Source: an uncultured Pelagibacteraceae bacterium (lineage in GTDB: Bacteria > Pseudomonadota > Alphaproteobacteria > Pelagibacterales > Pelagibacteraceae). From it: a stretch of DNA of 64,000 nucleotides. The DNA lies in assembly GCA_902611175.1 (NCBI GenBank), contig CACLYQ010000001.1, positions 30,102 through 94,101 on the forward strand, in the 5' to 3' direction. The notes beneath the pieces were generated by a model. It saw nothing but the letters and a program-made list of their open reading frames with translations. It had not been told where the DNA came from and did not search any database. Position 1 is the stretch's first letter. Every line of letters begins with the position of its first letter. The translations under genes and the position numbers were made by a program. Shown piece after piece: positions 57,873 to 64,000 of the stretch.

Positions 57873-58340
57873 ATGGCATTTCACTTAGCTTCAAGAAAAA
57901 TAATAAAAGATTGGACGGATTATAATGAGCATATGAATATGGCTTATTATGTTTTAATTTTTGATGAAGCATGGGAAACCATGCTTAATAAATTTGAGAT
58001 GGGGGGAGCTAAAGCACAAATAAGTAAAAGAAGTACAATGGTGGTTGAAACAAGAACAACTTATGACAATGAAGTTAAAGAAAATGAAGAAGTTGATGTT
58101 TATTGCACTTTCTTTGATCATGATAAGAAAAGGTTACATTTAAAATGTGAGATGATCGAAAAAAAAACAAGAAAACTTGCTGCAACTACAGAAAGTATAT
58201 CTCTTTATATCGATCTTGAAAAAAGAAAAGTTACAGAATTTGAAGAAGATAAAATAAAAATTATGGATGATTTTATTAACGAAAATAAAAATAGTTTTAA
58301 ATCAGATAAATTGGTGCTTACAGATAAACTTAAAAAGTAA
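57873..58340 (+). CDS. cdhB: Hot-dog thioesterase, probable betainyl-CoA thioesterase
   Basis: WTDYNEHMNMAYY..IFD, DHDKKRLH; context next to cdhA/cdhC. Confidence 0.72.
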   Translation: MAFHLASRKIIKDWTDYNEHMNMAYYVLIFDEAWETMLNKFEMGGAKAQISKRSTMVVETRTTYDNEVKENEEVDVYCTFFDHDKKRLHLKCEMIEKKTRKLAATTESISLYIDLEKRKVTEFEEDKIKIMDDFINENKNSFKSDKLVLTDKLKK

Positions 58341-59920
58341 TGAAATTTGACTACATAATTGTTGGAGCTGGTACAGCAGGATGTGTTCTTGCAAATAGAC
58401 TAAGTGAAAATGGTAAATTTAATGTTGCTTTGTTTGAAGCAGGTGGATCTAGTGATATTTGGAAGGTTAATATGCCTTTAGCAATTCTATATGCAATGCA
58501 CGATCCAAAATATAATTATAAATATTTTTCAGAACCAGAGCCTAATTTAAATAATAGGAGATTATTTTGCCCAAGAGGAAAAATGGTGGGTGGTTGTTCT
58601 GCACATAACGGAATGGTTTATGTTCGAGGAAATAAAAATGATTATGAGAGATGGGCTTCATTTGGTCTAAAATCCTGGTCTTATGAAAATGTTTTACCAT
58701 TTTTTAAAAAAATTGAGACATGGTCCGAAGGAGAGAATGAATTCAGAGGTGGGAAAGGAATTTTACCAGTAAATCAATCCAAAAACAAAAATCCGTTGTT
58801 TAGTGCTTTTGTTAATGCTTCAGTCGAAGCAGGATATAAAAAAAATAATGATATGAACGGAGAAGATCAAGAGGGATTTGGAATGTATGATATTACAATT
58901 CATAAAGGTCAAAGGGCTAGCGCTTCTAAATATTATCTAGAGCCAGCAAAAAAAAGAAAAAATTTAAAAGTTTTTACTAATTCTTTTGCTGAAAGGATTA
59001 TTTTTGAAGGAAAAAAAGCAGTCGGAATAGAAGTAAATATTAAAAATAAAGTCACAAAGGTTTACGCTAACAAAGAAGTTGTTTTAAGCGGGGGTTCAAT
59101 CAATTCACCACAACTATTGATGTTATCAGGTGTAGGACCTGAAAAAGATTTAAAAGATAAAGGAATTAATGTTGTGCACTCTTTAGAGGGAGTGGGTCAA
59201 AATTTACAAGACCATTTAGAAACCTACATTCAGCAAGAATGTAAAACTAAAGATACGCTCTATTCTTACGTTAATAAAATAAATATGCTTAAAATTGGTA
59301 TTCAATGGTTTCTTTCAAAAAGTGGGCCTTGTTCTACTTCATTTTTAGAAGCAGGTGGTTTCTGCAAATCTTCAGAGGACAAAAGTTATCCGAATATTCA
59401 ATTTCATTTTTTTCCAGCATTTGTAATCGATCATGGATTAGTTGACCCTGACAGACATGGTTATCAATTACACGCGAGTTTGAATCAACCTAAAAGTAGA
59501 GGACATATTAAATTAAATAGTTCAAATCCATACGATTACCCTAAAATTCAATTTAATTATTTAGAAGATGAATATGATTTAAAAGAAACAATTAAGTGTG
59601 TTCGTGTAGCTAGGAAAATTTTAAGTCAAGATTCAATGAAACCTTACGCTGGAAAAGAAATAGGACCAGGTGAAAGTGCAGCTGATGATGATCAAATTAC
59701 CGAGTATATTAGATCAAAAGCCGAAACAGCTTATCATCCATCCTGTACATTAAAAATGGGTGTGGACAAAATGGCGGTAGTTGACGAAAAATTGAAAGTT
59801 CATGGTTTGGAAAATTTAAGAGTTGCAGATGCTTCTGTTATGCCAGAGATTACTAGTGGTAATTTAAATGCACCAACTTTAATGATAGGTGAAAGAGCAG
59901 CTGACTTTATCCTTAATTAG
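58340..59920 (+). CDS. betA: Choline dehydrogenase-type GMC oxidoreductase
   Basis: GAGTAGC, EPEPNLNNRR, PRGK..GG.S..NGMVYVRG, GQNLQDHLE, ETAYHPSCT, GNLNAPT. Confidence 0.82.
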   Translation: MKFDYIIVGAGTAGCVLANRLSENGKFNVALFEAGGSSDIWKVNMPLAILYAMHDPKYNYKYFSEPEPNLNNRRLFCPRGKMVGGCSAHNGMVYVRGNKNDYERWASFGLKSWSYENVLPFFKKIETWSEGENEFRGGKGILPVNQSKNKNPLFSAFVNASVEAGYKKNNDMNGEDQEGFGMYDITIHKGQRASASKYYLEPAKKRKNLKVFTNSFAERIIFEGKKAVGIEVNIKNKVTKVYANKEVVLSGGSINSPQLLMLSGVGPEKDLKDKGINVVHSLEGVGQNLQDHLETYIQQECKTKDTLYSYVNKINMLKIGIQWFLSKSGPCSTSFLEAGGFCKSSEDKSYPNIQFHFFPAFVIDHGLVDPDRHGYQLHASLNQPKSRGHIKLNSSNPYDYPKIQFNYLEDEYDLKETIKCVRVARKILSQDSMKPYAGKEIGPGESAADDDQITEYIRSKAETAYHPSCTLKMGVDKMAVVDEKLKVHGLENLRVADASVMPEITSGNLNAPTLMIGERAADFILN

Positions 59921-60389
59921 ACTCGAGATATTCTTTATATCTATCTAAACTTTCTTTAGGCCAAGCAATTTTAGGATCATACATTTCATCATAGCAAATA
60001 TCTTTGTTTACAATATTTATCCATGGATCTTTACTTTTAACAAATATGTGTGCTTGAGGCGGAAAAAGCTCTGGATTAGATAAAGTATTTGTTCTGATAC
60101 TTATCCTTTTAACAGCGAATTCATAGTCAGAATAAATGTAAACACCACACTTTTTGCAAAAGTAAACCTTGCAGCTTTTTCCACTGCCTGCAATTAACTT
60201 CTTTTCTAAAAGCTCACCTTTGATATCTAATGAATTTTCAAAAATACTTGTATTAACAACGAAAGATGATCCGGTTATTTTCTTACAATCTTTACAATGA
60301 CAAGCATGTGTAAATAAAGGCTTAGATTTAATAGTATATTCAATTTCTCCACAAATACAGCTACCAGAAATTGGTTTAAAATCTTCCAT
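59913..60389 (-). CDS. GFA/CENP-V family zinc protein (2)
   Basis: GSCICG, HACHCKDCKK.TGS, FCKKCG, PQAHIF..SKDPW. Confidence 0.88.
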   Translation of the reverse strand: MEDFKPISGSCICGEIEYTIKSKPLFTHACHCKDCKKITGSSFVVNTSIFENSLDIKGELLEKKLIAGSGKSCKVYFCKKCGVYIYSDYEFAVKRISIRTNTLSNPELFPPQAHIFVKSKDPWINIVNKDICYDEMYDPKIAWPKESLDRYKEYLESN

Positions 60390-60451
60390 AAATACTTTTT
60401 AGAGTATCTTATTAATTATGAAGGTTAAAGTTTTTTTGATATAGGTGCGAT

Positions 60452-61399
60452 ATGCAAACAAACAATAATACAAAAGGTATTTTGTTTATTATGACTGGAA
60501 TGGCCTTTTTTTCCATTCAAGACTCATTAATAAAATTCATTTTTGCGGATATTGCATTGTTTGAGTTATATTTGGGAAGAACTTTAATACAGGCGACTAT
60601 TCTCATATCTTTTTTTTTAATAACAAAAAAAAAATTTACTTTAAAAACCCATTATCCTTTTTTAACTTTAGTTAGAGTTGTTTGTTTCTTTTTTGGATTT
60701 GCTTTTTTTTATATTTCTTTAACCTTTATGTCTTTAGCGATGGTTAGTGCTCTGTTTTTCTCATGTCCTTTCTTTATGTCTATGTTTGCTAAATTTTTTT
60801 TAAAAGAACAAATTGGAATTAGAAGATGGAGTGCAATTGTTGTAGGTTTTATAGGAGTATTAATTGTACTTAATCCAACACTTGAAGAATTTAATTTTTT
60901 CAAATTAGCACCCGTTGGTTGTGCACTTTGTTATGCGTGCTCAATGACAATTACAAAATATACCTCTGATAAAGATAATATTTATACTCAAATGACCTTA
61001 CTTTATATTTTTGCTGTTGTTGTAAGTTTAATTATTTATCTTATTAGTGGAGACGGAAAATTTAATAATTTTTCTGATCCTACTTTACAATTTATTGTTA
61101 GAGAATGGTTTACTAACCCTTCAGCTTCATGGCCATATGTCTTTGTAATGGGAGTTGTTGCTTCTATATCTTTCTTTTGTGTCTTTTCAGCTTATAGTAT
61201 TGCTTCACCTTCAATTGTATCTTTGTTTGAATACTCTTATATAATTTTTGCGATGATTGCAGGATATATATTATTTGAAACAATACCTGAACCAAGAACG
61301 TTTCTTGGGGCAGCTATTATTATTTCTGCAGGAGTGTATATTTACTTTAGAGAAAAAGTCAGAGGTCAAATGATTGCGACAGACACTCCTAATAGATAA
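60452..61399 (+). CDS. DMT/EamA-family transporter
   Basis: QDSLIK, FFSCPFF, LKEQIG.RRW.A..VGFIGV, FEYSY, LFE. Confidence 0.87.
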   Translation: MQTNNNTKGILFIMTGMAFFSIQDSLIKFIFADIALFELYLGRTLIQATILISFFLITKKKFTLKTHYPFLTLVRVVCFFFGFAFFYISLTFMSLAMVSALFFSCPFFMSMFAKFFLKEQIGIRRWSAIVVGFIGVLIVLNPTLEEFNFFKLAPVGCALCYACSMTITKYTSDKDNIYTQMTLLYIFAVVVSLIIYLISGDGKFNNFSDPTLQFIVREWFTNPSASWPYVFVMGVVASISFFCVFSAYSIASPSIVSLFEYSYIIFAMIAGYILFETIPEPRTFLGAAIIISAGVYIYFREKVRGQMIATDTPNR

Positions 61400-61511
61400 T
61401 TTCTAAAATTATAAGTATTTGTTCGAAAATTGAGATAATTTTCTCATTGAAATAATAATTTAATAGGATTTAATTTTGATTATATAAATTGTTAACAATT
61501 AAAGGGAAAAT

Positions 61512-62702
61512 ATGAAAAAATTACTAATAGGTATATTCGTGTTTATCTTAAGCTTTACTTCAAAAGCTTTTTCAGATGGACATGGAATTAAAATGGGTAT
61601 TATTTTAGGATTTACTGGTCCAATTGAAACCCTAACACCTGCAATGGCTGCTTCTGCAGAACTTGCTTTTAAAGAAGCTTCAGATTCTGGCTCATTACTT
61701 GGTGGAAAAAAAATATCTGTAGAAAGAGCTGACTCAACTTGTGTTGATTCTGCCGCTGCTACAACTGCTGCTGAAGGTTTAGTTTCAGGTGGTGTTGTTG
61801 CTATTATGGGTGCTGATTGTTCTGGTGTTACAGGTGCAATAGCAACTAATGTTGCCGTACCAAATGGTGTTGTTATGATTTCACCATCAGCTACATCTCC
61901 AGGATTAACAGATCTTAATGATAATGGTTATTTCTTCAGAACTGCTCCATCAGATGCTAGAGGTGGACAAGTCTTAGCGGATATTACAAAGGACAGAAAA
62001 GTAAAATCATTAGCTGTAACTCATACTAACAATGACTACGGAAAAGGTTTAGCTGATGTTTATGTAGCTGCAGTTAAAGCTCATGGTATTAAAGTAACAG
62101 CTGTTACAGCGCACGAAGAAGGTAAAGGTGACTATGGTGCAGAAGTAGCTACACTTGCAGCAGCGGGTGGAGATGCTCTTGCTGTTTTAGGTTACTTAGA
62201 TCAAGCTGGTGGTAGTATAATTCAAGGATCATTAGACTCTGGATCATTTGATACTTTTGTTCTTTCAGATGGAATGATTGGTGACTCTCTTACCGACAGA
62301 TTTGGAAAAGATTTAAATAAATCATTTGGATCTTTACCTGGATCAATGGGTAAAGGTGCTGGCATATTTAAAGAAGTTGCTAGTGCTGGTGGTATTGATT
62401 CATCAGGTCCTTACACAGGTGAAAGTTATGACGCGGCAGCCTTGATCACGCTTGCAATGCAAGCTGGTGGAAAAGCTGACAGAATGACTGTTCAAAAAAA
62501 TGTAATGTCAGTAGCCAATGCTCCTGGAACAAAAATTTATCCAGGTGAATTAAAGAAAGCACTTGATTTATTAGCTAAAGGTAAAGCGGTAAACTATGAA
62601 GGTGCTACAGCTGTTGAATTTACAGATGTTGGTGAAGCTTTTGGATCTTTTATTGAAAAAGAAATAAAAGGTGGAAAGTTTAAAGACAAAAAGCAAAGAT
62701 AA
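61512..62702 (+). CDS. livJ: Branched-chain amino acid (Liv/HAAT) family substrate-binding protein
   Basis: Signal peptide; GFTGP, GADCSG, SPSATSP, FFRTAPSD, NNDYGKG, YDAA. Confidence 0.85.
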   Translation: MKKLLIGIFVFILSFTSKAFSDGHGIKMGIILGFTGPIETLTPAMAASAELAFKEASDSGSLLGGKKISVERADSTCVDSAAATTAAEGLVSGGVVAIMGADCSGVTGAIATNVAVPNGVVMISPSATSPGLTDLNDNGYFFRTAPSDARGGQVLADITKDRKVKSLAVTHTNNDYGKGLADVYVAAVKAHGIKVTAVTAHEEGKGDYGAEVATLAAAGGDALAVLGYLDQAGGSIIQGSLDSGSFDTFVLSDGMIGDSLTDRFGKDLNKSFGSLPGSMGKGAGIFKEVASAGGIDSSGPYTGESYDAAALITLAMQAGGKADRMTVQKNVMSVANAPGTKIYPGELKKALDLLAKGKAVNYEGATAVEFTDVGEAFGSFIEKEIKGGKFKDKKQR

Positions 62703-62710
62703 TTAGAAAT

Positions 62711-62740
62711 TAAAACCCCAGTTTCTTAACTGGGGTTTTA
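62711..62740. terminator. Bidirectional intrinsic terminator
   Basis: TAAAACCCCAGTT-tctt-AACTGGGGTTTTA, perfect 13-bp stem between convergent genes. Confidence 0.85.
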
Positions 62741-62806
62741 AAATAAATATTTGTCAGATAAATAAAATATTAATCCTAAAACAATACCTAATAAAATATA
62801 ATACAT
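62738..62806 (-). CDS. Candidate 22-aa hydrophobic micro-protein
   Basis: Manual translation MYYILLGIVLGLIFYLSDKYLF*; ATG overlaps the livM TAA (TAATG); stop lies at the terminator stem. Confidence 0.45.
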   Translation of the reverse strand: MYYILLGIVLGLIFYLSDKYLF

Positions 62807-64000
62807 TATTGTTTGATGATTTTTTCTGGAATAATTCCTTGTGGTCTATAACGCATTATTAAAAGTAAACCAATTCCAATAACCAAGAATCTAAAATATG
62901 GAGCACTTTCAATTAAGTGCACTCTAACTGCATTAGTTTCTGGCAGATGGGATGTAAACAAATTAATTAAAAATAATGCAATTGGAGCAGCTTCGACCCA
63001 TAAAAACCAAACTACAAATCCCCCCAATATTGCTCCGAAATTATTTCCTGTTCCGCCTACTATAACCATAACCCAAATTACAAAAGTATATCTCATAGGT
63101 CTGTAGCTACCTGGTGTAAACAAACCGTCATTTGTAACCATCATAGCTCCAGCTAAGCCAACAATTGCAGATCCCAAAATAAAAATAAGAAGATGCTCTT
63201 TAACAATATTTTTACCCATTGCACTTGCCGCCTCTTCATTATCTCTTATAGCTCTCATTTTTCTTCCCCAAGGTGAATAAAGGGCTTTCTGTGTCACAAT
63301 TAACAAGATAATAACAACAGTTAGAAATAAACCTGTAAAACATAATTTTACATAGACCGATGAAGCATCAATAACCATTTGATTTAGAGCTTCTTGCTTA
63401 TCAGAGATTGAATTAATCAAATTTAATTTTGATGAATTAAATTTTGTAACTAAATTTATAAACCATTCTGAAGTTTGTAGATCTATTTCGTATGGTGCTG
63501 GTCTTTTTAATCCTATTACATTTTTTACACCTCTTGCCAACCATTCCTCATGTTTAATAATTGAAACGATAATTTCTGCTATTAATAATGTTGCAATAGC
63601 TAAATAATCTGCACGAAGACCTAATGCGATCTTTCCTATGACAAATGCTAAACCGCCAGCCAACAGTGCACCGAAAATCCAGGAAAATAAAACGGGTAAT
63701 CCCATGCCACCGAGAAATCCTGTCTTTGCTGGATCAACTGACTCGATCGCCTCTATTCCTGGTGCAGCAGTTACTCTTAGTAAAATTATTCCACCCAAGA
63801 TTACAGAAGCTACTGAGTAATTTCTTAATTTAGACTTATCAAATCTATTAAGTATAAATTTAACTACAAAGATAATTGCAACAATTATCCATATACAAGC
63901 TAAAATATTTAAACCTCCAACTTGCCAAGATTTTTTGACTGGTTCAACCGAAACTAAAACTACAGCTAATCCTCCTAATGCTGTATATCCCATTATCCCA
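62806..64000 (-). CDS. livM: Liv-type ABC permease LivM (5' truncated by the window edge)
   Basis: LRADYLAIATL, SPWGR.MRAIRDNE.AA.AMG, VIVGGTGN..GAILG, RPQGI. Confidence 0.9.
   Translation of the reverse strand, partial: GIMGYTALGGLAVVLVSVEPVKKSWQVGGLNILACIWIIVAIIFVVKFILNRFDKSKLRNYSVASVILGGIILLRVTAAPGIEAIESVDPAKTGFLGGMGLPVLFSWIFGALLAGGLAFVIGKIALGLRADYLAIATLLIAEIIVSIIKHEEWLARGVKNVIGLKRPAPYEIDLQTSEWFINLVTKFNSSKLNLINSISDKQEALNQMVIDASSVYVKLCFTGLFLTVVIILLIVTQKALYSPWGRKMRAIRDNEEAASAMGKNIVKEHLLIFILGSAIVGLAGAMMVTNDGLFTPGSYRPMRYTFVIWVMVIVGGTGNNFGAILGGFVVWFLWVEAAPIALFLINLFTSHLPETNAVRVHLIESAPYFRFLVIGIGLLLIMRYRPQGIIPEKIIKQ

Noticed and set aside
147-63833. Numerous 60-115 aa ORFs in the track that lie antisense or out of frame within long genes (e.g. 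147..407, 38929..39276, 48762..49070, 54385..54687)
   Set aside because: They are fully nested in well-supported CDSs and have no motifs; they are shadow ORFs.
1-64000. CRISPR arrays, tRNA/rRNA, IS elements, integrases, prophage or defence systems
   Set aside because: No periodic repeats, RNA-gene-like GC-rich segments, or recombinase, transposase or nuclease ORFs were seen, and intergenic gaps are too short.

Overview
This AT-rich window (roughly 30% GC by eye) is extremely gene-dense, with abutting or overlapping genes. It contains no transcription-factor gene, rRNA, tRNA, CRISPR array or mobile element that I can see. Gene content and streamlining point to Pelagibacterales (SAR11); this is an inference. 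Positions 1-18.8 kb hold mostly core-like genes: gmaS/glnT, diaminopropionate ammonia-lyase, photolyase, yjbQ, zapE, bamB-like, yfgM-like, acnA, csaA, argE, an ALDH, speB, a PPIase and a FadN-type enzyme. The rest is dominated by uptake and catabolism of methylated N/S compounds, in four blocks. (i) A ~12 kb cassette (18.9-30.7 kb) has a family-5 ABC transporter divergent from a six-gene operon: a divergent GcvT-family methyltransferase, a peptidase-E-like hydrolase, an FMN alpha-hydroxy-acid oxidase, a ThDP enzyme, a non-canonical HIUase (WWSK instead of YRGS) and a DmdA paralog with altered pocket motifs. This is the best candidate for an undescribed pathway. (ii) An eutA-doeA-potADBC operon without the rest of the ectoine pathway. 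(iii) A block with two atypical homocysteine S-methyltransferases, an atypical MsrA, a serine hydrolase, an amidase and an Fe-ADH. (iv) A gamma-butyrobetaine -> carnitine -> glycine betaine pathway with a ProVWX-type transporter and a BetA-type oxidase. The window ends in a liv-type ABC locus. Manual reading also found two unannotated, translationally coupled hydrophobic micro-ORFs (44 and 22 aa). All functional calls come from motif recognition; no database searches were run.
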